Shown in pieces: positions 26,306 through 38,301 of a stretch of 64,000 bases of DNA. The notes beneath the pieces were generated by a model. The model saw nothing but the letters and a program-made list of their open reading frames with translations. It was not told the origin of the DNA and searched no databases. The position numbers were made by a program, and so were the translations under genes. The stretch's first letter is position 1; each line of letters begins with the position of its first letter. This DNA comes from Eledone cirrhosa (taxonomy: Eukaryota): contig OZ024747.1 of the NCBI GenBank assembly GCA_964016885.1, positions 34,534,001 to 34,598,000 on the forward strand, given 5' to 3'.

Positions 26306-26308
<3 letters not shown>
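22623..26308. mobile_element. Naiad-type PLE (PLE4) inserted as a 3.7-kb fold-back: minus arm 22623-24210, plus arm ~24223-26308
   Basis: GIY-YIG on both arms (23772-24197 minus, 24702-24965 plus). Plus arm has YYNQALKRSG, WFNPP, KHFP, KLSYS, CNCPDGSICPL. (TA)n flanks. Confidence 0.93.
26118..26213 (+). ncRNA. Variant-core hammerhead of PLE4 (mirror 22636-22731 minus)
   Basis: actcc CTGAGAA g..ggcta...tagccgtc GAAAC ggct-tgagctc-agcc GTC ggcgt. Confidence 0.6.
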
Positions 26309-26344
<36 letters not shown>

Positions 26345-26353
<9 letters not shown>

Positions 26354-26538
26354 AAGACTTCTACAGGATCAGAACTGTTTCATTCGGGAGAAATCATCAG
26401 GAAGCCCTGATGATTTCTCCCGAACGAAAGAGTTCTATTCCTGTAGAAGCCTTTCTATATTAAATATTTATACTCTGCTTTGTATTGAGTACCTTACTTA
26501 CTGTGGTTACCCCCGTTTGAAGACGGGAAAATCTTATA
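26345..26538. mobile_element. Short fold-back PLE-type remnant (inverted repeat 26345-26462 + ~75-nt tail)
   Basis: Arms carry ctgatgatttc..gaa.gaaa.agttct. Related to 1-235. Sits in (TA)n. Confidence 0.65.
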
Positions 26539-26587
26539 TATTTATATGCGTGTGTGTATATATATATGTCTGTCTGTGTGTGTGTGT

Positions 26588-26912
26588 AAGAGACCACTTT
26601 ACAAGCCAAGGCTGCGATTCGAGGATTGTGTAAACGACTCATTGAAAATAACTGGTTTGATGATAACTGACTGGGAGATAGAAGTTCATGAAAGACGAAC
26701 TTGTCGTGGAATGGTGATACATGGGGTCCAACATTTTGAGGACAGACGCATAGAGAACAAAAAGATCAAATGGGTTGTGCGCAAGCCCTGGCGTATCTCT
26801 CGAAACGATCGGTGTATCCATTGATTTTCAGTGCCCGGAGTGTGGAAAAATTTGGTGACCAAATCTCGTCTCAGGAGTCACAGTCGCAGCCATGTTCAAA
26901 GAGAACCAGTAA
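26588..26912 (+). mobile_element. 3' fragment of an RTE/BovB-like LINE
   Basis: KPRLRFEDCVNDSLK..DWE..FEDRR, then a frameshifted C2H2 finger FQCPECGK / KSRLRSHSRSH. Confidence 0.65.
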
Positions 26913-26920
26913 ATATATAT

Positions 26921-27020
<100 letters not shown>

Positions 27021-27237
27021 TAATATATCTGAGGGTACAAGGTACCCGCAGAAATACATAGGTTGTCTATGATTCACGGTGGTTCTATGGTCATAATTTG
27101 ATGTACCAGAACTTAATATCAAGATAAGCAGAACCACCAAAATTCAACCAATCGTTCAAAATAAATCAAAATTAATTTACAATTAAAATTAATCAAAATT
27201 AAAAAAATATAATATAAATATTTACCTATTCAGATAG

Positions 27238-27315
27238 CCCTTACTGTAGAGTTTCACTTTGCAAAACATTAGATATCACATGGATATTAATGGAAAAACA
27301 AAGATCATCAGAGAA
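27238..27315 (-). ncRNA. Hammerhead motif in a PLE-type 3' remnant (~27016-27420) flanked by (TA)n
   Basis: ttct CTGATGA t-ctttg...caaag-t GAAAC tctaca GTA aggg. Confidence 0.65.
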
Positions 27316-27416
27316 GCATTTTCCTTTCCTAAGGTTAAAAACCTCAGGAACGATAAAATAATTTAAATTTTAATTTTGATTTATTTTGAAAAATTGGTTG
27401 AATTTTGCTTGTTCTG

Positions 27417-27492
<76 letters not shown>

Positions 27493-27859
27493 AGATCAGA
27501 GCAAACAGCACAGACACTCTATCTCAGAATTATTTTTGAAAAGCATTTAGAAATGCGCAACCGGTAAAAACTTAAAAACTTAAAACCACTACTGAATACT
27601 AACCCATACAATCACTAATACTCTTTTATTCCAAGTTAAACCATTTTTCAACTGTGAACAATTTGTCAGCATTTTCTATTCCGTTTACCAATATATATAA
27701 GTATATATATATATGATGATGGCTGCCCTCTCGTTATCGAGTATGGCCATTGAACGATCGATATACCATTATATACAATTACTAATAATTATTAATTAAT
27801 TCTATCGTGCAATGCCTGTGAAGATATTTTTTAAAGTGAGGAAAGACTGTGCACTCTCT

Positions 27860-27933
<74 letters not shown>

Positions 27934-28113
27934 CTTGATCGTTTTTTTTGTTGGCTATGTGAATGATTGTTTAACCATCGTCTCAGTGTGTTTGGCCTTT
28001 AACGTTTGTTATAGCTCTGGTTCTTCTGAATCATTGAGCACTTGCCGCACATCTCGGAGGTTGTTTTTCGTTATTTCGTGGGGTGAAATGCGAATCTCGA
28101 TAATTTATGTTTG

Positions 28114-28296
<183 letters not shown>

Positions 28297-29518
28297 AATA
28301 GTATCCTTAATGTAAAACTATATTAAAGCGATTAGTTTAGTACAGAGAAGAACTCCAGCCATGGACCTATATATTTTAAAGCAATTAGTACAGCTCATCG
28401 ACACTTTTTATATATAAACTGGTTGGAATCAAATTCATCTTTCATCCAACTCATTTCTATACCATAACTACAACAACTACATGTCTCATTCAAGACATTA
28501 GTGGTCGTTACTCACGCTAAATTATATAGGAACAGAGTCTTTCAAACATAGGTCAATTAGTGAAGAACAAAATGGACCATAAAATATCTTGATACGTTAG
28601 CTAATATTAATGCTTCACTAAACATGAAAATTGCCACTGTTAGATACAAATTGCCACTGTTAATTTATGTTGCTGAAACCCTGGTTAAGTGCTGAATATT
28701 TTCATTGTAAAAGGGTTTGTTCGTACAAGGGTTGGAATAAAAGTTCATAGACTGAACATGAAGGAGTGATACTAGAACTGTGAAAGCTTCAATGCATTAA
28801 ATTCAACATTTCCCGTTGATAACTATATTGTTCCTTTCCAAAGACTATGTTAAAAAATAAAACTTATTTGGTCATTCCTTGAGAGTGTTTTGGTCAGCTT
28901 ATGAACAATACGACGGGCCCTCATATAAATGTAAAAATGAAAAGGTTTGAAAAGATAATTCAATGTTTCCAGGCTGGTAAAGACATTAAATTTAAAAATC
29001 TATATCAGTAATTAAATTTAAAAATGATATCAGTAATTTCTTCAATATATTGCTGTGATCGAATTTCTAAATAACTAAGTCAAAAATTACATGCGCAATA
29101 TTTTGGGTATGTAACGAATAACTCTAAGGAAAGCAATTAAATAGGTCCCTTTTGTAGATACATATGAAAACAAGTCCCATAGCGTATATACTTCAATTGC
29201 AGAAACATGGCGTAGCATTTGCTAGAAAACACAGCCGAATAGATTTATGCAATCAGCATGAAGAGCTTTCATAATTTCTTTTTCTGAGACTAACTTCTGA
29301 TTTCCAAGCCTCTACCGATACAGCCAATTCACCATATAATATGGTTGTAATAGGTGCGGCTGCTTTATTAACAATACCTTTGCTAGATAAGACCTATTGA
29401 ATTCTTCTACTTATGTTTTTTATCATTATTAACTCTTTAATTGTTTCTCGTTGATCTTCTCCAAATCAATGATCCCAAATATGTGTATCCTTACTTTCTC
29501 ACTTTAATAGTCTATCTA

Positions 29519-29636
29519 TTCTTCTTCTTCTTCTTCTTCTTCTTCTTCTTCTTCTTCTTCTTCTTCTTCTTCTTCTTCTTCTTCTTCTTCTTCTTCTTCT
29601 TCTTCTTCTTCTTCTTCTTCTTCTTCTTCTTCTTCT
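29519..29636. repeat. Perfect (TTC)n tract, ~39 units
   Basis: Visible directly. Abuts the 5' truncation point of the Tx1-like fragment. Confidence 0.95.
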
Positions 29637-30412
29637 CGGCATGCCGTGGCTGACAATGCGCAAACACGCGCTGAGGCTGCGACGTCTCTGGTGCTACCTT
29701 GACGGTGAACAGGTGTGGTCACCGTTTGCCAGACGCGCTTTTCCCCAGTTATTCTCATTAACGGAGCTGCAGTCCTGGATCAGGAAAAGAGCGAGGGGGA
29801 GCGCTTGGAAGATGGAATGTCTTCAAGCGCTCACCGCTTTCTACCAGCTGGGCACTAGTATCGGTGGAACATCCACCTCATCGTTCTGTAAAGGGCTAGT
29901 GGAAGGGAAGAGTGACGACGGCCTCGGGGAGAACCAGGGTGTCGAAGACGATCAGAAGTTCGCTCTCTTTAAGAGAAGTTTCAGCCTGGGGCTTCCAAAA
30001 ATCACTGGGCTGGCAGTGCTAACGAAGAGCGTTGCCTAATCGAGATAAGCTCGACAAGCTCTACAAGCTCTTCTAATAAGTTTGTTGAAAGGTGGGTGAA
30101 AGTGGCGAGTCTGGTCCGAGTGAACACCTGTCCGAGTATACACCTGTAGACTGAGGAGTGAAAAAAGAGAGGGCGCTTGTCCTGGTGGTCAGGGTGGCCG
30201 TGGTCTTTTATGTGGTTTTCGCCACGAGTGACGCTTGGAAGTTTCTCCCCTATTGGGGAAATTTTGTTGTTTGAAATTTTTAATGATATTTCTATATTCT
30301 TTTTATAACTTTATTTTTACACGGCCAAAACCCACTTTGTATCGTACTGTACCATTCTGTACTGTCTGTAATATTTTTCTTCGTGTTAGCCGTTGTGGCC
30401 AATAAAGAAACC
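29637..30412 (+). mobile_element. 5'-truncated L1/Tx1-like LINE 3' fragment followed by (ATT)n
   Basis: GMPWLTMRKHALRLR..WSPF..LTELQSW, homologous to ~53370-53790. Ends ..ttgtggccaataaagaaacc-(att)n. Confidence 0.85.
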
Positions 30413-30441
30413 ATTATCATTATTATTATTATTATTACAGC

Positions 30442-31703
30442 TGCATTTATCTTGCTTTATGTTCATACAAGTTATCACCAAGTCACAACCAGTGACCTCA
30501 AGAGACAACAAGGTCCGCCATGTTCAAGAAAGAACATACGTACAAACACATGCATCTTTAGATGTTTAGACTTGTGATGTACTTATATTGACAGAATCTT
30601 CCTTAGCATATGGGCAGTTACCATTAGTACTATCTTTTGTATTTCTCCTGTACGCGGGTTTCCTGGGATTTGCGATAAGTAATCATTAGACCCCTTGGGT
30701 ATCATTCCTAGAGCGCCTACAACCACTGGTATTGTTTTAGTTCTCAATTTCCACATTTTTCCAAATTCTAGCTCCAGGTCCTTATATTGCTAAATTTTTA
30801 AAATGTTTTTATAGATACATTCTTGTCTATTGGAATGGACATATCAATTAGCACGCATACCCTCTTTTTAAAGTCCTTCAGTATTATATCAGGTCTATTT
30901 TCATCTATTTTTCGGCTTGTTTGGATGCTAAAGTTCCACAAGATTGAGATGTGATATGTTTCAAGTATGGGATGTGGTTGGTGCTCCCACCAATTCTTTT
31001 GATGGGGCAGGTCAAAATGCTTACACATTATCCAATGTATTTATTGTGCAGCTCTGTCATGCCTGTTTAGGTATTCGGTTGGAGCTATAGGACTGCACAT
31101 TGAAATTATATCATCAATGATCTCTGGTTGTTTTTTACATACAGGGCATAATGGGCTGCATCCATTTTTTATTATGTTGGCTTGGTAATTTTTTGTTGGC
31201 AGACACTGATCTTGAGCTGATATAATCAGTCCTTCAGTCGCCGATATCAGTCCAGAGGATGCCAACCACTGATGGGTCAAAGTTTTGTCAACATCAGGAT
31301 TGTTAGCTCTTTCTGGGTATTTTCCATACAGAGTCTGTTCTTGCCATTTGTTAGCCAGTTTCTGTAGCAGTTCTTTCTTTGCAGTTACTTTTACCTGCTT
31401 TGCTTTTTCTGTGTTTTCCATTTCAGCAGTAAATAGGACTTTTGACATTTGTAGTCCATTACTGTATCTTTGTGCAACTTTTCTAATGGAGTATGATCTT
31501 TTGATGCTTTCGTGTTTCAAGACGAGTTTGATCATCCAATCATGTGATTCCCTTAGATATGTAGATAATCTAATTGTTGCAGTTTTCAACGCAATATCTA
31601 ACTGGATTAACCCACGTCCTCCTTCTTTCCTAGGGAGATATATTCTATCTGTATCTGCCTTACGGCGATGCATTCTGTGCATGGTTAAACATTTTCTAAT
31701 TGT
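30442..31703 (-). mobile_element. 5'-truncated R4/Dong family A copy
   Basis: RIYLPRKEGGRGL, CPVCK..EIIDDIISMC, RHD, RPDIIL..IDMSIP. Matches ~44693-45950. Confidence 0.92.
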
Positions 31704-31713
31704 ATTATTAATG

Positions 31714-34700
31714 TTCTTTGAGTCTCAGTCATTGATGTTAGTTAACTGGAAAGTTTGATGAAATGAATATCAAGCCACTACCTGCAGCCTCAGATATTCA
31801 GGACGTATCGGAGGGTTCTTGCTGTTCCCAGCAAGCATGCCTTTTAAAGTGTTCCAAAAAGCTGGGCGGTGCCAATTTTCTTTAACCATCCCTGGAAACA
31901 TTTTGAGATAGTACCTAGTGCGCCTATGACAATCGGGACAACTTTGACTTCATGGCAGTTCCAAATCCTTTTTACCTCCCACTTTAAGTCCTGGTATCGG
32001 ATAATTTTCTCCCTCTCCTTCTACATCCACAATCAGGCACGATCTTTTTTTCCTTGTCCAAAACCACCAGGTCAGGTCTATTGTGTTCCAGTTTCTTGTC
32101 CGTCTGTATCCTAAAATCCCACAACACCTTCACCTGATCGTTTTCTATCACCGACTCTGGCTTATGCTCATACCACTTCTCAGAATGTGGTAAATTGTTT
32201 AGTTTGCATAGGTGCCAGTGGATCATCCTGCCCATCAGATCATGTCTCCAGCCTTTATAGTGAGTTTGGGCTAGGTGTTTACACTCGGATACAATGTGAG
32301 TCACATTCTCCTCTCTCTCACTCCACAGATCCTGTACAATGGGCTAGCCACTTCCTGTAAATATGGTGTTTCAGCCACTTCGTTTTTAGGGCCTGCTCTT
32401 GCGCAGCCATTAGCATTCCTTCTGTAGCCTTTTTAAGGTCTGCTCTTTTCAAGCAATTCCATGTCTGTGGATCTCTGAATTCAGTTTTCTCAAATAAGGT
32501 ACTATGAAGGGATTTTTCATGAAGGCTGCTCTTTCTCCTTGTTGTTATTTTCTCCTTGGACATCCCCTGGTCTATTGTCCTCTCCTTCAGTACAATTCTG
32601 AGCATTGGCTCCTTACTATCAGTCACATATTTGTGTAGGATGTTGTCATCCCCTGGTCTATTATCTTCTCCTTCAGTACAACTTTCAGCATTGCTCCCTA
32701 TTGTTTTTCCCCATCTGAACACAGTCCTCTATGCTGATAAGACCTCTTACACCTTCAGATCTGTTTAAGTGGAGTATATCGACATCACTCTTCTTGTGGA
32801 ACATGTTGTAGATAGTCAATAACTTCCTAGATTTCCTATCCATTTCATTTTGTTCAGCAACATTCCATCTCAGAATTCCCACAATGTATCTAATAATAGA
32901 CACAGCTCGGGAATTTACTGATGTCATCAGCTTCCAGAAAACACCGAAATACTTGTATCCTTCTTCAGTGTCAATTTCCTTTATCATTTCACCTGTTGGC
33001 ACCTGGATTCCGTTGTTTCTGCTCAAATTACCCCTATTCATCACAAGAACTCCACACTTACTGATACCAAATTGCATACATATATCATTGTTGAAAATAC
33101 GGACAGTGTCAACAAGCACATCCAACTCCTTCTCACTCTTCCCGAATAGCTTAAGATCGTCCATGAAGAGGAGATGATTGATGGTAAGCTCTCCCTTTCC
33201 CAACTTGTATCCTGCTCTCACTTTTCGAAGTATAATGGTCAGGGGCATCAGGGCAAGGACAAACAACAATGGGGACAGACTATCTCCCTGGAAGATACCT
33301 CTATTGATCTTCACGCATCCCAATGATTCTCCAGGTGATGTTAACTCTGTTTTCCAGGACTTCATACTTTTGCCCAACAACTGTCTGATGTTACTTGCCA
33401 CCTTGAAGATCTCTTGGCTTTTGGTGATCCAAGAATGAGGCACCATGTCAAATGCCTTTTTGTAGTCTATCCAGTGGCAAGACCAGTGTGTCTCCTCTTG
33501 CAATTCCTCATTACCATCTTATCAATAAGTAACTGGTCCTTTGTACCACGGGACTTCTTTCGGCATCCTTTCTGTTCGTCCGGTAACAAGTTGTTTGTGT
33601 GGAGGTGATGGAAGGTTTCCTCAGACATAATGCTTGTCAAGAGTTTACACATTACAGACAGACATGTGATAGGTCTATAGTTGGTAACATCATTACCCTT
33701 GATTCGGTCTTTCATTACCAGAACTATGGTACCTTTTGTCAACGACTCTGGTACCTCACCTGACATCAAGTAGTCATTGAACATGGCTGTCAGCTTCGGG
33801 TGGAGGGATGTTGTATTTTTAATCCAATACCCCTGCACACCATCTGGGCCTGGAGATTTCCATTTGGTTAGTTTTTTGGCCTGCCCCTTAAGAGTTTCAA
33901 CTGTGATACTCAAATCAGTTTGTTGGTGTGACTGTTCACTAATCTACTATTGTACTGTCTCAATCCACATTGCCTGGTCATTATGTTTAACATCCTGCTC
34001 CCATATTCCTCTCCAGATGTCTTAGTTTGTTCCGCCACAGGGATCAAGTCGTTGCCTTTTTCCCTTCAAGCTATCCAAACAGCATCTTCTGGTTGTTGTC
34101 AAACATGCGGTTCTGTCTATACTGACTGACTCTGCTCTCGTATCGCCTAATTTTTGCACTCTTTGCTACAATGCGTTGCTTCAGTTCCTCTATGATAATA
34201 TTTAGATTTTTCCTCCTAGTTTTGTACTTTATTTCCAGTCTATTTTTAATGTCTATGTTTTTAGTGTCCCATTCAGTAGGGACTCAAGCTTTCCAATGTC
34301 ATTTCTCATTTCCCTGATTTGACCATTCAGTCGTTTCTTCCACCAAGGTTCTGATCTTTCTTGTTTGTTGTTTCCTCTTGCTTTTATGCCAAGTAATTTC
34401 CTCACCGCATTTGCTGTTGCTTTGAGGATATTGTTGCACTGGTGAAGGCTCCTCGCCTGAAGGTATAGGATGAATTTGTTTACCTTAGCTGTTGTTTCTT
34501 TTAACTTTTTTCCTGTCTACATATCTTAGGTTCATAGGTTTCCCACTATCATTGTTCAATTCATATTCCACTAAGTTTAGGATATCAACCAAATCTTGTC
34601 CTAACCCGTCAGCATTCATCTCCTCAATGGCCGTATCTCTGTTCCATGTATTATTTATTTCAGCATTCAGATCATTGTCTGCTTCGGATGGTTCCTCCGT

Positions 34701-34853
34701 TCTCTCAACCTCTTCACCTCATTTCCCTCTGGCTCGTTTGCCTAGCATAATTCACTCTCCATTTCCAACCTAATCTCTCTGCTCAGTTCCTCCAGTTCAA
34801 GCTCTCTTATCCACCCATTAATTCTTATTACCCGATCCTGCCCGGCCAATTTT
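31714..34853 (-). mobile_element. Older degenerate R4/Dong family B copy (frameshifts, internal deletions)
   Basis: KSPGPDG, YRPITCL, IDYKKAFD, GIFQGDSLSPLLF, FMDD, RHD, RPD fragments. Homologous to 38302-41490. Confidence 0.92.
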
Positions 34854-34888
34854 TATTATTATTATTACTATTATTATTATTGTTGTTA

Positions 34889-36564
34889 TTCCTTGAATCT
34901 CAGTCATTGATGTTGGTTAACTGGAAAGTCCGTTGGAATGAATATCAAGCCACTACCTGCAGCCTCAGATATTCAGGACGTATCGGAGGGTTCTTGCTGT
35001 TCCCAGCAAGCATGTCATTTGAAGCGTTCCAAAAAGCGTGAAGGGGCCGATTTTCTTTAACCATCCCTGGAAACTTTTGGAGATAGTCCCCAGTGCGCCT
35101 ATGACAATCAGGATCACTTTGACTTCATGGCAGTTCCAAATCCTTTTCACCTCCCACTTTAGGTCCTGGTATCGGTTAATTTTCTCTCTCTCCTTCTCTT
35201 GCACTCTCGTGTTGAAAGGGCAGGCCACATCCATAATCAGACACGATCTTTTTTCTTTGTCCACAACCACCAGGTCAGGTCTATTGTGTTCCAGTTTTTT
35301 GTCCGTCTGTATCCTAAAATCCCACAGCACCTTCACCTGATTGTTCTCCATCACCGCCTCTGGCCTATGCTCATACCATTTCTCAGAATGTGGTAAATTG
35401 TTTACTTTGCACAGGTGCCAGTGGATCACCCTGCCCATCACATCGTGTCTCCAGCCCTTTATAGTGGGTCTGGGCTAGGTGTTTACACTCGGACACAATG
35501 TGAGCCACAGTCTCCTCTCTCTCTCCACAGATCCTGCACAGTGGGCTAGCCTCCTCCTTGTAAATATGGTGCTTTAACCACTTCGTTTTGAGGGCCTGCT
35601 CCTGCGCAGCCATTAGCATTCCTTCTGTAGCCTTTTTGAGGTCTCCTCTTCTCAACCAGTTCCATGTCTGTGGATCTCTAAATTCAGTTTTCTCAAAGAA
35701 GGTACTATGAAGGGATTTTCCCTTAAGGCTGCTCTTCCTCCTTGATGTTATTTCCTCCTTGGACATCCCCTGGCCTACTGTCCCCTCCTTCAGTACAGTT
35801 CTGAGCATTGGCTCCTTACTATAGGTCACGTATTTGTATAGGTTGTTTTTCTCCATCTGAACACAGTCCTCTCTGCTGATAAGACCTCTTCCACCCTCAG
35901 ATCTCCTTAGGTAGAGTCTATCGACATCACTCCTCTTGTGGAACATGTTGAAGATAGTCAATAGCTTCCTAGTCTTCCTATCCATTTCTTTGTGTTCAGC
36001 AACATTCCATCTCAGAATTCCCGCACTGTACCTAATAATAGACACAGCTCGGGTATTTACTGCGCTTATGGCATTTCTGCTGTTCAGATGTGACTTCAAT
36101 ACGCTCCTTACTCTCCGAATGTATTCAGTTCTTAACAAGTCCTTCATTTTTTTGTTCTTTATGCCATCAGCCTCCAGAAAGCCCAAATACTTGTATCCTT
36201 CCTCAGAGTCAATTTCCTTTATCATCTCACCAGTTGGTATCTGGATCCCGTTACTTCTGCTCAACCTACCCCTCCTCATCACAATGACTCCAGATTTACC
36301 AATACCAAACTGCATACATATATCACTGCTGAAAATACGGACAGTGTCAACAAGCACATCCAACTCCTTCTCACTTTTCCCGAAGAGCTTAAGATCGTCC
36401 ATGAAGAGGAGGTGATTGATGGTAAGCTGTCCCTTTCCCAACTTGTATCATGCTCTCACTTTTCGCAGCATAATGGTCAAGGGCATCAGGGCAAGGACAA
36501 ACAACAGAGGGGAGAGGCTATCTCCCTGCAAGATACCTCTCTTGATCTTCACGCTTCCCAAGGA
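34889..36564 (-). mobile_element. 5'-truncated Dong family B copy 1
   Basis: RT C-terminal half, CCHC and RLE. 1-nt frameshift near 35458. (TTA)n linkers. Confidence 0.95.
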
Positions 36565-36595
36565 ACTATTATTATTATTATTATTATTGTTGTTA

Positions 36596-38270
36596 TTCCT
36601 TGAATCTCAGTCATTGATGTTGGTTAACTGGAAAGTCCGTTGGATTGAATATCAAGCCACTACCTGCAGCCTCAGATATTCAGGACGTATCGGAGGGTTC
36701 TTGCTGTTCCAAGCAAGCATGCCTTTTGAAGCGTTCCAAAAAGCGTGAAGGGGCCGATTTTCTTTAACCATCCCTGGAAACTTTTGGAGATAGTCCCCAG
36801 TGCGCCTATGACAATCGGGATCACTTTGACATCATGGCAGTTCCAAATCCTTTTCACCTCCCACTTTAGGTCCTGGTATCGGTTAATTTTCTCCCTCTCC
36901 TTCTCTTGCACTCTCGTGTCGAACGGGCAGGCCACATCCACAATCAGACACGATCTTTTTTCTTTGTCCACAACCACCAGGTCAGGTCTATTGTGTTCCA
37001 GTTTTTTGTCCGTCTGTATCCTAAAATCCCACAGCACCTTCACCTGATTGTTCTCCATCACCGCCTCTGGCCTATGCTCATACCATTTCTCAGAATGTGG
37101 TAAATTGTTTACTTTGCACAGGTGCCAGTGGATCACCCTGCCCATCACATCGTGTCTCCAGCCCTTATAGTGGGTCTGGGCAAGGTGTTTACACTCGGAC
37201 ACAATGTGAGCCACAGTCTCCTCTCTCTCTCCACAGATCCTGCACAGTGGGCTAGCCTCCTCCTTGTAAATATGGTGCTTTAACCACTTCGTTTTGAGGG
37301 CCTGCTCCTGCGCAGCCATTAGCATTCCTTCTGTAGCCTTTTTGAGGTCTCCTCTTCTCAACCAGTTCCATGTCTGTGGATCTCTAAATTCAGTTTTCTC
37401 AAAGAAGGTACTATGAAGGGATTTTCCATTAAGGCTGCTCTTCCTCCTTGATGTTATTTCCTCCTTGGACATCCCCTGGCCTACTGTCCCCTCCTTCAGT
37501 ACAGTTCTGAGCATTGGCTCCTTACTATAGGTCACGTATTTGTATAGGTTGTTTTTCTCCATCTGAACACAGTCCTCTCTGCTGATAAGACCTCTTCCAC
37601 CCTCAGATCTCCTTAGGTAGAGTCTATCGACATCACTCCTCTTGTGGAACATGTTGAAGATAGTCAATAGCTTCCTAGTCTTCCTATCCATTTCTTTGTG
37701 TTCAGCAACATTCCATCTCAGAATTCCCGCACTGTACCTAATAATAGACACAGCTCGGGTATTTACTGCGCTTATGGCATTTCTGCTGTTCAGATGTGAC
37801 TTCAATACGCTCCTTACTCTCCGAATGTATTCAGTTCTTAACAAGTCCTTCATTTTTTTGTTCTTTATGCCATCAGCCTCCAGAAAGCCCAAATACTTGT
37901 ATCCTTCCTCAGAGTCAATTTCCTTTATCATCTCACCAGTTGGTATCTGGATCCCGTTACTTCTGCTCAACCTACCCCTCCTCATCACAATGACTCCAGA
38001 TTTACCAATACCAAACTGCATACATATATCACTGCTGAAAATACGGACAGTGTCAACAAGCACATCCAACTCCTTCTCACTTTTCCCGAAGAGCTTAAGA
38101 TCGTCCATGAAGAGGAGGTGATTGATGGTAAGCTGTCCCTTTCCCAACTTGTATCCTGCTCTCACTTTTCGCAGCATAATGGTCAAGGGCATCAGGGCAA
38201 GGACAAACAACAGAGGGGAGAGGCTATCTCCCTGCAAGATACCTCTCTTGATCTTCACGCTTCCCAAGGA
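36596..38270 (-). mobile_element. 5'-truncated Dong family B copy 2 (recombinant of copies 3 and 1)
   Basis: Open frame 36672-38267. Same truncation point and linker as copy 1. Diagnostic SNPs switch between ~37181 and 37268. Confidence 0.93.
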
Positions 38271-38301
38271 ACTATTATTATTATTATTATTATTGTTGTT
38301 A

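Noticed and set aside
27715-27766. Possible RTE 3'-end stub on the minus strand
   Set aside because: Only ~50 nt of resemblance, too short to call.
28300-29500. Host exon in the apparently unique AT-rich stretch (also 55950-57010)
   Set aside because: No convincing ORF or splice-bounded coding segment, only short local duplications. Small exons cannot be excluded without RNA data.
29441-29758. Poly-Phe / poly-Glu ORFs, likewise poly-Ile/Leu/Asn at 44.6 and 49.2 kb and poly-SL/RE at 16.3 kb
   Set aside because: Simple-repeat artefacts.
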